This document shows, in pieces, positions 1 to 10,081 of a stretch of DNA of 64,000 nucleotides (positions are counted from its first letter, which is position 1; the number at the start of each line of letters is the position of its first letter). Under the pieces are notes generated by a model that was not told where the DNA came from, did not search any database, and saw only the letters and a list, made by a program, of their open reading frames with translations. The stretch spans positions 136,352 to 200,351 of the forward strand of contig OZ240220.1 of the NCBI GenBank assembly GCA_965197655.1. Direction: 5' to 3'. This DNA comes from Dehalococcoidia bacterium. GTDB taxonomy: Bacteria > Chloroflexota > Dehalococcoidia > Lucifugimonadales > UBA3495. The position numbers and the translations under genes are program-made.

Positions 1-20
1 GCTGGTTCCTGGCGCATCAT
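1..20 (-). CDS. 5' end of a CDS running off the window (molybdate ABC ATPase is a synteny guess only)
   Basis: ATG at 20..18 (minus) overlaps the modB stop TGA at 19..17 as ATGA. Only 6 codons are visible. Confidence 0.3.
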
Positions 21-829
21 TGGCCGACCTGCCAGCGGCGGCGGGTAATCAGGCCGAGGGCAATTAGTACCAGCAGCGACCCGGCCAGCAGCAGTACCGA
101 CAGCGCAACCGCCGCGTCCAGGCTGGTTTCCAGGGCGCTCATTATCGCCAGCGGCATGGTTTGGGTCCTTCCGGTCAGGTTTCCGGCAAACATAATGGTC
201 GCGCCGAACTCCGAAATTGCCCTGGCCCAGGCCAGCGCAATGCCGGTCAGCAGGGAAGGCGCAGCCAAGGGCAGGGTCAGCCGCCGGAAAGTGCCCCAGG
301 GGGAAACACCCAGGGTCTGGGAAATATCCTCGTACTCCGGGGCCACCGACTGGAATCCCAGCTTGGCAGCCCGGATGTAAAAGGGCGCCGCTACGAATAT
401 CTGTGCAAAGATGACGGCGGCGGCGGTGAACGGCAGGGATATGCCCAAGCCAGTCAGGGCCGGGCCGAGAATCCCCTGCCGCCCGAAGGCCAGCAGCATT
501 GCTACCCCGGAAACTACCGGCGGCAGGACAATGGGCAGCTCAACCAGGTGGTCAACCACGCGAAGCGGGAGAGAATTGCTGCGGGCCAGGATTCGGGCGA
601 AGGGAGTACCCACCACAATCACTATCAGGATGCTGATAACGCTGGTTACCAGGGACAGCCGCAGGGCCAGCAGGACCGTTTCTCCGGTTAGACTGCCCAG
701 GAAGCTATCCTGACCGGCCGCCTTAATCAGCAGGGCCAGGATGGGGATGCCAATAAACAGCGTATAGATAGCAGTTGAGGCAACGCCTACCGGCCCCCAA
801 TAGTCCGATGCGCGGAAGAGGTTACGCAT
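17..829 (-). CDS. modB: molybdate/tungstate ABC transporter permease
   Basis: 270 aa multi-TM protein. Has the ModB/CysTW-type core VELPIVLPPVVSGVAMLLAFGRQGILG and the EAA-like loop ARAISEFGATIMFAGN. Sits next to a ModA-like binding protein. Confidence 0.85.
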   Translation of the reverse strand: MRNLFRASDYWGPVGVASTAIYTLFIGIPILALLIKAAGQDSFLGSLTGETVLLALRLSLVTSVISILIVIVVGTPFARILARSNSLPLRVVDHLVELPIVLPPVVSGVAMLLAFGRQGILGPALTGLGISLPFTAAAVIFAQIFVAAPFYIRAAKLGFQSVAPEYEDISQTLGVSPWGTFRRLTLPLAAPSLLTGIALAWARAISEFGATIMFAGNLTGRTQTMPLAIMSALETSLDAAVALSVLLLAGSLLVLIALGLITRRRWQVGQ

Positions 830-867
830 AACGGGGCTTGCCGTCCCTGGTCCTACTGCTAGCGGGG

Positions 868-1899
868 CTAACGGGTTGGCGCTGAACGGGTTTGACCTGG
901 CCGGGCCGATGCCGGGAGGTTGAGCCGGCTTGCGGACTGGGGTGAGCCGGCTTCTGGAAGTGAGGGCGGGTCAAATCCATATTGCTCCAAAATTGTTCGT
1001 GCTTCTGCCGACTGTACAAAAGCTATAAAGGCTTGGGCCGGTGGCGCCGCTTCCCGCAGTTCGGCGATGGGATAGTGGGCGGTTACATTGAGCGAATCGG
1101 GAATGGTTAGAACCTGGACTCGCTCGGCCACGTAAGGTTCCAGGGCATCGGTGTGGTAGGTTATGCCGGCGTCTGCCTCCCCCAGTGCCACCTTTTGCGT
1201 AACGCTGCGCACGTTGGTTTCCCGGGACACCACGTTAGCCAACAGCCGGTTTCGGTATTCCGGCCCGAAATCCGTTCCCAAAAACGAGCTGTCTCCCATC
1301 CGGTTGAGTATCGTTTGGGAATAGCGGCCCACCGGGGCCTCCGGCACGGCCAGCACTATTTTTACTCCCGGCTTTGCCAGGTCTTTCAGGGTGACCGCCG
1401 GCCGGCTTTGCCCGGTTGCCCCTGAAATTGCCGGGGAGGAACCCGCGCCTGCTGCTCCATCGGTTATTGGGGCAAAGCCTTTATTGACCAGGAACACCAG
1501 CCGGTTGGTGGCGAAATTGGCCGGCTGTCCCTCGATAAGCCCCGCGGCGGCTACCGCCTCCATTTGTTCCCAGTCGGCCGGGGCAAACACATCGGCCCTT
1601 GCCCCGTGTTCCAACTGGGTGCGCAGCCGCTGGCTTCCGTCAAAGTTCACCCTTACCGAAACGCCGGGATGAGCTTGCTCAAAGGCTTCGGCAATCTGCG
1701 TGAAGACTTGAGAGAGAGAGGCGGCAGCGAATACGGTTAACTCTCCCTGGAGTTCGCTTCCCGCGTTGCCCTCCCCAACCGGCGGCTCAATAGCTGCGGC
1801 TCCGGCGCAACCGGGAGCAACGGCCAGAATCATCCCGGCCAGGACAATAATCCCTGCAATGCGAATGCTTCCCCGGGAAAACCCGTAAGCCTGGTTCAC
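868..1899 (-). CDS. modA: molybdate-binding periplasmic lipoprotein with an unusual ~30-aa Pro/Ser/Arg-rich C-terminal tail
   Basis: GTG start. Signal/lipobox-like N-terminus (LAVAPGCAG). ModA-type motifs LTVFAAASL, VNFDGS and DVFAPAD. Confidence 0.85.
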   Translation of the reverse strand: MNQAYGFSRGSIRIAGIIVLAGMILAVAPGCAGAAAIEPPVGEGNAGSELQGELTVFAAASLSQVFTQIAEAFEQAHPGVSVRVNFDGSQRLRTQLEHGARADVFAPADWEQMEAVAAAGLIEGQPANFATNRLVFLVNKGFAPITDGAAGAGSSPAISGATGQSRPAVTLKDLAKPGVKIVLAVPEAPVGRYSQTILNRMGDSSFLGTDFGPEYRNRLLANVVSRETNVRSVTQKVALGEADAGITYHTDALEPYVAERVQVLTIPDSLNVTAHYPIAELREAAPPAQAFIAFVQSAEARTILEQYGFDPPSLPEAGSPQSASRLNLPASARPGQTRSAPTR

Positions 1900-2241
1900 C
1901 GTACCATCGGTATCCTTATGACCTTATTGAATTTCCGGAGCGAACGTCCGTCGAGCAGCGAAAGCCGGCTTTCGCCAGCACCATTGACCTGCCGTTGCTA
2001 CAATCGGTCAGCCGGTCAGCAAATTGTAGGTTCGCTATCCCCTGCTGTCAACGGAACGGGCTGCGCAGTACAGGGCCATGGCATGAGAGATGCAAGCTAT
2101 CCGTCGTTCTTGCCAGAACAGGAACGTACAACATTGCGGTCAGAGCTTTCTGCTTTCGCTGGAACGACGGTGAAGGCCCTTTCCCGGGGCAGACCGATGT
2201 ATCTGGCCCTAGAGGATTACCGAATTAGCGATAGTCCGCGA

Positions 2242-2273
2242 CAAAATCCGGGGGCCTTCAATTGAAGGCCCCC
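2242..2273 (-). terminator. rho-independent terminator after the DUF11 surface-protein gene
   Basis: Perfect 11-bp stem GGGGGCCTTCA/TGAAGGCCCCC at 2250-2273, followed on the minus strand by GGATTTTG. Confidence 0.6.
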
Positions 2274-2344
2274 GTCAAGGTCCTGTCTATGCGGCGACCG
2301 GCGAGTTAGTTCCGCCGGACCGCCTGCTGGTTTGCCGGTAACCT

Positions 2345-5053
2345 TTAACGGCTGATGACAGTCGTGCCTTCCTGGGCGGTGATGGACTGATTGAACTCAG
2401 CGTAGGACATGGTTGCCGAGACAACTACGTCTCCCGCCTGGCTGGCCCTCACTGTAATGGTGAATTCCAGTTCCTGTCCGGCGCCCAGGGACTCAATCGC
2501 CGCGTAGGTTACTCGCGTGTCGCTGATGCTGCCACCCTCGGCGGAGAGGATATCCAACTCGGTGGGGATGACCACTGCGACCTGAACATTGGTAATGGCG
2601 GTGTTGGCGCTCTGGTTGCGGACTGTAATGGTGTACTCGCCTTGGTCGCCAACTCCCATCGGGTCAATGCTGTCAATGATTTGCAGGTGCGCGCCCGCCG
2701 CCGCCAGGATGGATATGTCGAAGGCTGCTTCGGCTTCCGCTTCCTGGTCGGAGGTTACGCTGGCCTCATTGGTGACGTCGCCGGCGGCTTCACCCTTCAG
2801 CCTTACTGAGACGGCCACGGATTCCCCAACGGCCAGGTCGCCGATGTTCCAGGTGACCGTGTTGCCGGTGGCGACGCCCTCGTTATCGCTGCTAACGTAG
2901 GACATTATGCCGGGGAAGGTATCCGTGATAGTTACGCCGGTCAGGTCAGCTTCGCCGCTGTTGACGGCGGTGATGACGTAGTCCCGTTCGCCGTCGATAT
3001 ACATAGCGGAGCCACCCGTCTTGGTCAGACTTATGGCGGGAGTTTGGGCCACTACCGTCGCCTGGGCGCCGACCGCGATGCCACGGTCGGTTACCTCTAC
3101 TACGTTAGTGTGGCTTCCGCTGGTGGTGGCTGTAGTAACGAGTATGAAGGTAGCGGATTCACCGACGGCCAGCGATTCGATTGTCCACGTCGGGCTGCCG
3201 CCTTCGGCTGCTGCCGGTTCGGTGGAAACCAGTTCCAACCCTTCGGGCAAGATGTCGGCCACGGAGACACCGGCGGCATCACCGTCGCCGTTGTTGGTGA
3301 CGGTCACGGTGAAGGTTGCCTGTTCGCCGACGACTATAGTCTCGTTATCAACGGTCTTAGTGACGGAAACGTCGGAGGCGATGACTTGCGTAGTCGCCTC
3401 GGCGCTGGCGGACGCTCCTTCGTCAGAACTTGCCGCCACCGTGTTGGTATGGCTGCCCAGGGCCTGGGCCGTGGCGGAAATCTGGAAGGTCTGGGACACG
3501 CCGGAGTCCAGTTGTCCAATTGTCCACTGGAGCGGTGCCCCGGCGCCTGAACTAGCCGCCGGGGATGCGGAGACCAGAGCCACGCCTTCGGGCAGTGTAT
3601 CGGTCACCGCCACATTGGTAAGAGAGCCTTCGCCGTCGTTGGTAACCGTAATGTTATAGGTGATCCCGTCGCCCAGGTTAACCTGTTCGGGGGCGCTCTT
3701 GGTCAGGGCCAGGGAACCGGGTATTACGTTGGTGGTGGAGTCATCCTGGCCGGTGAATCCTTCGGTAGAAACGGCGGTTGCCTGGTTGACTTGTGTGCCA
3801 ATTGCGCTGGCAGAGAGAACCATAGTGATGGTGACGGAGCCGTCCGGCTCAATGTCGCCAAGGTCCCAGATAACTGTGGCGCCCTCAACGCTGGTTGCCT
3901 CCGGTGAGGAACTTACAAAGCTCAGACCGGGCGGCAGGTCGTCGGACAGCGTTACGCCGGAGGCCACGCTGTTGCCGGTATTAGTGACGTTAACAACATA
4001 TTCCTCCGTCTTACGCAGGCCAAGGCTGGCCGGGCCGTCCTTGGTCACTTCCAGGGACGGGGCGCGCCATTCCTTGGTTATAGTTTGGCTGAACATGGTG
4101 TCGCCGGAATCGTGGATTACTTGAATGGAAACCGTGTTGTCGCCGGTAGCTGGAGAAACCTGGCGCAGAATTGCTTCCGCTACGCCGTCTGCATTGGTGC
4201 GGGTGGAAGCAACATTGTCGGTATTGTTAAGACTGCCGTCCGGGTCGTCGTCCTGAATGCTCCAGAGGACTTGCACGTCGGACAGCGGGACGTCATCGGT
4301 AACCCGGAAAACTCTGACCTGCATCGGGTGGTCGGTTCCCACCAGGTTCACCGCGTCGCCCGGGAACTCCACTTGCATATCCACCCAGTGCTTGACCGCG
4401 AACACCTTGTGGGCGTCGGCGTCGGCAATTTGGGGCGCGTAGGCGGTGACGTCGGTGTCCCCGGCCCGGGTAGCGGTGATGGTCAGGGTGGCTTCGCCGT
4501 TGGCGTCGGTGATGACCCGCCCAAAGGTGTTGTCCACCTTGCGCGGGTTGTCGCCGGCAATAGACACGATGTCGCCCACCGCCTCGCCGAACCGGTTGAG
4601 TATCAATTCCACCTCGACGCCGCCGGCCGGGGCGCCGCCTTCCTCATTTACTTTGATAGTAAAGGTATGCTGGGTTCTGATGGGATTCCAGTCTTCCACC
4701 GGCGCGATGGATATTTCTACCGGCGAGGCTTGACCGGATACTCTCTGCGGAATTGATGTGTTGGAAACCCCGGTTATCGGGTCGCTGCCCACAATGCCCG
4801 CTGCGACGCTTAGGTCAGGCAGCAAACTGGTGGGCGGCGAGAAGGAGTCAACAACCACTGAAGCGGGGACTGCCGACGCCGGAGTCGCTACGTTACTGTC
4901 GGGCAGCGCTGGCGCAACGGACTTGACCACTGCCGGGGCGTCGATCGGTGAATCCGGCGTATTGAGCAATATGCCCGGGATAAGGCCCCCCAGGGCCAGC
5001 ATAGCCGCAATACCTATAATCCAGGGAAGAGTCTTTTTAGTAAACAAACGCAT
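2345..5053 (-). CDS. large secreted/cell-surface protein with repeated DUF11-type (conserved repeat) and Ig-like domains
   Basis: 902 aa with an N-terminal TM/signal anchor (LPWIIGIAAMLALGG). At least 5 repeats of the pattern Y.ItVtN.G...a..V.v.D.LP.Gl..VS. Confidence 0.7.
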   Translation of the reverse strand: MRLFTKKTLPWIIGIAAMLALGGLIPGILLNTPDSPIDAPAVVKSVAPALPDSNVATPASAVPASVVVDSFSPPTSLLPDLSVAAGIVGSDPITGVSNTSIPQRVSGQASPVEISIAPVEDWNPIRTQHTFTIKVNEEGGAPAGGVEVELILNRFGEAVGDIVSIAGDNPRKVDNTFGRVITDANGEATLTITATRAGDTDVTAYAPQIADADAHKVFAVKHWVDMQVEFPGDAVNLVGTDHPMQVRVFRVTDDVPLSDVQVLWSIQDDDPDGSLNNTDNVASTRTNADGVAEAILRQVSPATGDNTVSIQVIHDSGDTMFSQTITKEWRAPSLEVTKDGPASLGLRKTEEYVVNVTNTGNSVASGVTLSDDLPPGLSFVSSSPEATSVEGATVIWDLGDIEPDGSVTITMVLSASAIGTQVNQATAVSTEGFTGQDDSTTNVIPGSLALTKSAPEQVNLGDGITYNITVTNDGEGSLTNVAVTDTLPEGVALVSASPAASSGAGAPLQWTIGQLDSGVSQTFQISATAQALGSHTNTVAASSDEGASASAEATTQVIASDVSVTKTVDNETIVVGEQATFTVTVTNNGDGDAAGVSVADILPEGLELVSTEPAAAEGGSPTWTIESLAVGESATFILVTTATTSGSHTNVVEVTDRGIAVGAQATVVAQTPAISLTKTGGSAMYIDGERDYVITAVNSGEADLTGVTITDTFPGIMSYVSSDNEGVATGNTVTWNIGDLAVGESVAVSVRLKGEAAGDVTNEASVTSDQEAEAEAAFDISILAAAGAHLQIIDSIDPMGVGDQGEYTITVRNQSANTAITNVQVAVVIPTELDILSAEGGSISDTRVTYAAIESLGAGQELEFTITVRASQAGDVVVSATMSYAEFNQSITAQEGTTVISR

Positions 5054-5220
5054 TTGTTTAGTCCTCGCTAAGGTGTAAAAGTTGTTATGGATGGTAGGCT
5101 GAGACGCCGCAAAAAGCGACCTATCCCAGATAGCCGGGACATAGCAAACTAGCTTAACCGGGTGATTGTCACATTGGTTTTATGGAAAGTCAAGAAGGGA
5201 TTTCCCGGCGGTCAGGGCCG

Positions 5221-5344
5221 GTGCAAAGTCCACGCCAATGACAAAATCCGCTCATGGTGAGCTTGTCGAACCACGCTACTTTATTTGGGGTATCCTTCGA
5301 CCGGCTCAGGATGAGCGAAGATGTCAAATCGGGCGACTTTGCAC
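5221..5344. repeat. 124-bp palindromic MITE-like element, copy A (FDKLRMSG-type repeat)
   Basis: Own 10-bp termini GTGCAAAGTC...GACTTTGCAC. Internal inverted halves CGCTCATGGTGAGCTTGTCGAACC / CCTTCGACCGGCTCAGGATGAGCG. About 93% identical to the reverse complement of 5956-6080. Confidence 0.75.
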
Positions 5345-5955
5345 TGGCCCTGCGGAGACACCCAGGGTCTTTCGGTTCTCCAGCCAAGGCAGCCACATAG
5401 GTCTGCTCTTACCGGACAAACCCCGGTCGGATGTAGGGGCAACCCTGGTGGTTGCCTGGGGCAAGGGCATGGGCATAGGAATAGGAATGTAGCCCGGTGG
5501 TCTGCCGGGTTCGTTGGAGGGTTGGTTTGCGGGTTCTTTGGTTGTTTCGCCCGCCCGGGGTTGGCGGGGATGGGGTTGGCGTCGAGGTTCCTGCCTACGC
5601 AGGAACGACGCTTACCCTGCTCCCGGCTTTCCCGGGCGGATTGTTCGGGCTGGGCCCAGGGCGCCTTTGGCGGGTCAGCCAGTGCCGCCAGCGCCGGGGG
5701 CCCAGGCCCGATTGCCTTTACCAATTGCTCAGGTTGCCCTGGCTAGGGCGCCACTTCGAAGTGGGGCTTTCAGCGCCAAGAGTTTCCTCTTCGCTACGAT
5801 GATACACACCCCCAAGGCGCTGGGTGTGGAGCGGGTTCCCCGCGTCCGGGGACAAGCGCGCTACAGGTCGGCTGTACAGAGTTCCTGTATTATTCAGGTT
5901 AGAGAGGTGTTTTACGGGCTGTCAATAGGGTAGAGGGGGGGCTAATCCAGGGCCT

Positions 5956-6080
5956 GTGAAAAGTCGCCCGATTTGACATCTCCGCTCATCCTGAGCTTGT
6001 CGAAGGATACCCCCGAATAAAGTAGCGTGGTTCGACAAGCTCACCATGAGCGGGTTATGTCATTGGCGTGGACTTTGCAC
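5956..6080. repeat. 125-bp palindromic MITE-like element, copy B (inverted relative to copy A)
   Basis: Termini GTGAAAAGTC...GACTTTGCAC. Aligns end to end with copy A in reverse complement. Confidence 0.75.
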
Positions 6081-6107
6081 AGACCCTGAAAATGTGTCCT
6101 AAAACTG

Positions 6108-6135
6108 TTGACAAACTGGGTGACTTCTATATACT
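6108..6135 (+). promoter_or_regulatory. candidate sigma70-type promoter upstream of rpoB
   Basis: TTGACA (6108-6113), 16-nt spacer, TATACT (6130-6135), about 130 nt upstream of the rpoB ATG. Confidence 0.4.
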
Positions 6136-6268
6136 TGTAAGTTACTTATTATGCCTCAAACACCTGTTTTCGCTCATTTTCCGAAGCAACAAACAGACCT
6201 TAGCCCCTCTTTGCCCAAAAAATCCGGGCTGTAGCTCCCATCCTGCATCTGCATAAGGAGATTGGAGT

Positions 6269-9200
6269 ATGACTATTTCTCCCGTCCCCAATGGGTATCA
6301 CGTCAAGAATGGCAATGGCCACACTACCGGACTATCCGAGGTAAAGTCTTATGCCCGGATTCCGCAAGTGTTGGATGTGCCGCATCTTATCCTGAGCCAA
6401 ACCCAGTCTTACGAGTGGTTCCGGGGTGAAGGTCTGGCGGAGGTCTTCAGGAAAGTCTCTCCCATTACCGACTACACCGGCAAGAAGTACGAGCTGCGGT
6501 TCCTGGACCATTATTTCAAAGAACCCAAGCACTCTCCCCTGGAGTGCAAGGAGCGGGAAATAACCTATTCCGAGCCGCTGTACGTCAAGACGCTGTTGGA
6601 GAAGCACGAGACCGAGGAGAAACTGGAACAGGAAATCTTCATGGGAGATATTCCCATGATGACCGAGAACGGCACCTTCATTATTAACGGCGCCGAGCGG
6701 GTGGTGGTCAGCCAGTTGGTTCGCTCTCCGGGCGTCTATTTCAAGCAGGAAAGGTCTTCTACCTCGGACCGCAGCCTGTGTGTTTCCCAGGTGATTCCGG
6801 TACGGGGGGCCTGGCTTGAGTTTGAAACCAGCGCCAAGGACGTTTTGTCGGTAAAGGTTGACCGCAAACGCAAAGTGTCAGTCACCTGCTTTTTGCGCGC
6901 TCTGGGCGTGGCTACCGATGACGATATTCTGGCCCGCTTCAGGGACGTGGATACCGATGTAAATCACCAGTACATCCAGTCCACCATAGAACGGGACCCG
7001 GAGCGGGACGATGCGGCAAAAGAGCGGGATATTCACTACCGGGAAGACGACCTGCGCGCCGTCTGGGAATGGCTCCGTCCCGGCGAGGACTACAGCGTAG
7101 CGCTGGCCCGGCGCATAGTTGCCGCCCAGGTTGAGCTTTACCGCCATCTCCGCCCCGGCGAACCGCCCACCCCGGAGAATTCGCGCAACCTAATCTGGAG
7201 CCACTTCTTTGACCCGCGCCGCTATGACCTGGGTCGGGTGGGCCGCTACAAGCTCAATCGCCGGCTTGACCAGACCGAGCGGGATGAGTTGCGCGTCCTG
7301 GACCTGGCGGACATTATTGAGGTCATCCGCACCGCGGTCCGGGTTAACCGCGGCGACGACCGCCCCGATGATATTGACCATCTGGGCAACCGCCGAGTGC
7401 GCGCCGTTGGCGAACTGGTGCAGAATCAGGTGCGGGTCGGCCTCGACCGGATGGAACGCATGGTCCGGGAAAAGATGACCCTGGTTGACCCGGAAACGGC
7501 GGCGCCCCAGGGGTTGGTCAACATCCGCCCGGTGGTGGCCGCAGTCCGGGAGTTCTTCGGCGGCTCCCAGTTGTCCCAGTTTATGGACCAGACCAACCCG
7601 CTGGCCGAGTTGACGCACAAGCGGCGCCTGTCCGCGCTGGGCCCCGGAGGCCTTTCCCGGGAACGGGCCGGCTTCGATGTCCGGGACGTTCACTTTTCCC
7701 ACTACGGCCGCATTTGCCCGATAGAAACGCCGGAAGGCCCCAACATCGGCCTGCTCAGTTCCCTGTCGTCTTACGCCCGCACCAACCCCTACGGGTTCAT
7801 CGAGTCGCCGTATCGCAAGGTGCTGAAGGCCATCGCCAGTGGCGCTCCCGACCTGGAAGGCCGGGTGGTGACGGAAGATGTGGTGGATGAAGATGGAAAA
7901 ATTCTGGTGCCGCGGGGCCGGAAGATAAGCCGGGCCAAGGCCAAGGCCATTAACGACCTGCCGGCCGGCACGATTCTCTACGTGCGCCCCTACGTCGCCA
8001 GCGGCCCCCAGTTTGTGGAGTATATGTCGGCGGACCGGGAAGAAAATTTCCACATTGCTCAGGCAAACTCGGAACTGGACAGCCTGGGCCAGTTCGTCCA
8101 CGACCGGGTGGAAGTCCGGATTGGCGAGGACTATAGCCAGGAGTCCCCGGATGCCGTGGACTTGATGGATGTGTCGCCGATGCAAATTATGAGCATTTCG
8201 GCGGCCCTGATTCCCTTCCTGGAACACGACGACGCCAACCGCGCCCTGATGGGGTCGAATATGCAGCGCCAAGCGGTCCCCCTGCTGCGTCCGCAGGTTC
8301 CGGTGGTAGGCACCGGCATCGAAGAACGGGTGGCCAGGGACAGCGGCCAGGTAGTGCTTTCCCGCGCCGCCGGCGTGGTTACTTCGGTTTCCGGTCGGGA
8401 TATTGTAATAACCGACGCCGAGGGCGAGGAATACCACCACAACCTGGTCAAGTTCTCCCGGACCAACCAGGGCACCTGCTTTGACCAGCGAACGATTGTC
8501 CAAAAGGGCGACCAGGTGGAATGGGGCGAAACCCTGGCGGACAGTTCCTCCACCGACCAGGGCAAGTTGGCCCTGGGTCAGAACGTGCTGGTGGCCTTTA
8601 TGTCCTGGGAGGGTTACAACTACGAGGATGCCATCATCATCAGCGAGCGGCTGGTCAAGGACGACCAGTTCACGTCAATTCACATCGAAAAGCATGAGAT
8701 GGAGGCCAGGGAAACCAAGTTGGGGCCGGAGGAGATTACTCGCGACATCCCCAACGTGGGCGAGGCCAGCCTGCGGGACCTGGACGAGCGGGGCATAATC
8801 CGCGTCGGCGCCGACGTTGGCCCCGGCGACATTCTGGTGGGCAAGGTAACGCCCAAGGGTGAAACGGAGTTGACCGCCGAGGAAAAGTTGCTCCGGGCCA
8901 TTTTCGGCGAAAAGTCGCGGGACGTAAAGGATACCTCCCTGCGCGTTCCTCACGGGGAACGGGGCAAGGTGATTGACGTAAAGATACTGAACCGGGCCAA
9001 CCGGGACGACCTGCCCCCCGGCGTAAACGAGGCAGTGCGGGTTTGGATTGCCCAGACCCGCAAGATTTCCGTTGGTGACAAAATGGCCGGACGCCACGGC
9101 AACAAGGGCGTGGTAGCCCGTATTCTGTCCGAAGAGGATATGCCTTTCCTGGCCGATGGCACGCCGGTGGATATGATTCTCAACCCCATTGGTGTTCCTT

Positions 9201-10081
9201 CCCGGATGAACTTGGGTCAGGTATTGGAAACTCATTTGGGCTGGGCCGCCCGGGGCCTGAACTTCCGCGCCCTTACCCCGGTGTTTGACGGCGCCACCGA
9301 CGATTCCATCGAGGACTCCCTGGCCCGTCTCTGGTTTGCCGAGCAGTCCAAGGCCATTGACACCGGTCCCACCGACTGGTCTCCCGAAATTGATTACCCG
9401 GTGGTACACAAGTGGCTTCGGGAAAAGGGTTACGACCCGGCGCGAATCTTCAACGACAGCCTGCACGGCGAGGCGCGGGATGCCTGCCTGCGCTTGTGGC
9501 TGGAGGAAGAGGCCAAAGTCAAGACCGACGGGCTTACTTCCGAAGAGATGTACGAACAGGCCCTGAAAGTTCACCGGGAGCAGCAAATCGCCCCGCCCAC
9601 CTTTGGCAAGTTCCAGCTTTACGACGGGCGTACCGGCGACCCCTTCGACCAACTGGTCACCGTCGGCAGCATCTATATGCTGAAACTCATCCACCTGGTT
9701 GAGGACAAGATTCACGCTCGCTCCACCGGGCCCTATTCGATGATTACCCAACAGCCCCTGGGCGGCAAGGCCCAGTTCGGCGGACAGCGGTTCGGCGAAA
9801 TGGAAGTATGGGCGCTGGAGGCTTACAGCGCAGCCTACAACTTGCAGGAGGTGCTCACGGTCAAGTCGGACGATGTGGCTGGCCGGGTCAAGACCTACGA
9901 GGCCATCGTCAAGGGTGAACAGATCGGTCAACCCGGAGTTCCCGAGTCCTTTAACGTCCTGTTGAAGGAATTGCAAAGCCTGGGCCTTGCGGTGGAACTG
10001 CTGAATGAAGAAGACCGGCCCTCGCTGGTTGATGGACTGGGCGAGGACTCCGAGCTATACGAACCTCTGGAGGCGATTTAA
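6269..10081 (+). CDS. rpoB: DNA-directed RNA polymerase subunit beta
   Basis: 1270 aa. Unmistakable RpoB motifs ([54 protein letters not shown]-like [14 protein letters not shown]). RBS AAGGAG. Confidence 0.98.
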   Translation: MTISPVPNGYHVKNGNGHTTGLSEVKSYARIPQVLDVPHLILSQTQSYEWFRGEGLAEVFRKVSPITDYTGKKYELRFLDHYFKEPKHSPLECKEREITYSEPLYVKTLLEKHETEEKLEQEIFMGDIPMMTENGTFIINGAERVVVSQLVRSPGVYFKQERSSTSDRSLCVSQVIPVRGAWLEFETSAKDVLSVKVDRKRKVSVTCFLRALGVATDDDILARFRDVDTDVNHQYIQSTIERDPERDDAAKERDIHYREDDLRAVWEWLRPGEDYSVALARRIVAAQVELYRHLRPGEPPTPENSRNLIWSHFFDPRRYDLGRVGRYKLNRRLDQTERDELRVLDLADIIEVIRTAVRVNRGDDRPDDIDHLGNRRVRAVGELVQNQVRVGLDRMERMVREKMTLVDPETAAPQGLVNIRPVVAAVREFFGGSQLSQFMDQTNPLAELTHKRRLSALGPGGLSRERAGFDVRDVHFSHYGRICPIETPEGPNIGLLSSLSSYARTNPYGFIESPYRKVLKAIASGAPDLEGRVVTEDVVDEDGKILVPRGRKISRAKAKAINDLPAGTILYVRPYVASGPQFVEYMSADREENFHIAQANSELDSLGQFVHDRVEVRIGEDYSQESPDAVDLMDVSPMQIMSISAALIPFLEHDDANRALMGSNMQRQAVPLLRPQVPVVGTGIEERVARDSGQVVLSRAAGVVTSVSGRDIVITDAEGEEYHHNLVKFSRTNQGTCFDQRTIVQKGDQVEWGETLADSSSTDQGKLALGQNVLVAFMSWEGYNYEDAIIISERLVKDDQFTSIHIEKHEMEARETKLGPEEITRDIPNVGEASLRDLDERGIIRVGADVGPGDILVGKVTPKGETELTAEEKLLRAIFGEKSRDVKDTSLRVPHGERGKVIDVKILNRANRDDLPPGVNEAVRVWIAQTRKISVGDKMAGRHGNKGVVARILSEEDMPFLADGTPVDMILNPIGVPSRMNLGQVLETHLGWAARGLNFRALTPVFDGATDDSIEDSLARLWFAEQSKAIDTGPTDWSPEIDYPVVHKWLREKGYDPARIFNDSLHGEARDACLRLWLEEEAKVKTDGLTSEEMYEQALKVHREQQIAPPTFGKFQLYDGRTGDPFDQLVTVGSIYMLKLIHLVEDKIHARSTGPYSMITQQPLGGKAQFGGQRFGEMEVWALEAYSAAYNLQEVLTVKSDDVAGRVKTYEAIVKGEQIGQPGVPESFNVLLKELQSLGLAVELLNEEDRPSLVDGLGEDSELYEPLEAI

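Noticed and set aside
1900-2100. Possible molybdenum-cofactor riboswitch in the modA leader. On the minus strand there is a perfect palindrome GCGAAAGCC/GGCTTTCGC at ~1959-1976, a 7-bp stem CTACAAT/ATTGTAG, and a GCUCCGGAAA segment.
   Set aside because: I cannot match the conserved Moco-motif nucleotides from memory with confidence, and part of the region is a degenerate family-2 repeat. It needs an Rfam RF01055 covariance scan, so it is not reported as a feature.
1918-2265. 115-aa and 77-aa plus-strand ORFs between modA and the surface-protein gene.
   Set aside because: There is no RBS. They overlap a degenerate repeat and the terminator hairpin, and their composition looks non-coding.
5166-5933. 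Cluster of overlapping 100-150-aa ORFs in both strands between the surface-protein gene and rpoB.
   Set aside because: They overlap each other in several frames and translate palindromic repeat units (GATLVVA, FDKLRMSG-type peptides). They lack RBSs. Treated as non-coding repeat DNA.
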